Origin: Intoshia linei
Taxonomy: Eukaryota > Animalia > Orthonectida
DNA length: 64,000 nt
Direction of reading: 5' to 3'
Assembly (NCBI GenBank): GCA_001642005.1
Contig: LWCA01000013.1
Coordinates: forward strand, 1 to 64,000
Position 1 is the stretch's first letter. Each line of letters begins with the position of its first letter. The notes below the pieces were generated by a model. The model had not been told where the DNA came from. It worked only from the letters and a program-made list of their open reading frames with translations, and did no database searches. A program made the position numbers and the translations under genes. Below, in pieces: positions 63,834 to 64,000 of this stretch.

Positions 63834-64000
63834 CTAAATTGATATTATATTTTTCAGGACAGCTAACTAAAGTCCAACCACAAAGCTAGTCACCCAAAAA
63901 TGAAAAATAGACCACAAATTTTTTTCGAATACAATAAGTAGTGTCGTGTATCCATAGGCTCCTCTCCGAGCCTCTTGACTTGACATTTTAAATTTAACAC

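Overview
Very AT-rich (roughly 75% by eye) eukaryotic DNA from a ciliated animal with a compact genome. Introns are GT-AG and many are only 35-60 nt; several intergenic gaps are 8-110 nt. An orthonectid such as Intoshia is a plausible source, but this is inference only. Genes reconstructed by hand: a small secreted orphan with dibasic sites (-); a miniaturised FYCO1-like RUN-LIR-GOLD adaptor with no visible FYVE domain (+); a tightly packed same-strand trio of a divergent TFIIB-family gene, NPHP4 and MRPL53 (-); a small hypothetical gene (+); condensin I subunit NCAPD2 (-); a ~15 kb gene-poor, TE-rich interval; an Eph receptor whose kinase domain looks catalytically dead (HRD->YKN, DFG->NFK) (+); and, tail-to-tail with it, a highly diverged transmembrane semaphorin-like gene running off the window end (-). 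Larger introns and intergenic DNA hold many non-autonomous DNA transposons: several hAT families with TSDs, a recurrent Helitron family, Tc1/mariner-type MITEs and remnants, and a foldback element, some nested. No rRNA, tRNA or CRISPR array was seen. All exon structures and homology calls were made by eye and need RNA-seq and HMM confirmation.
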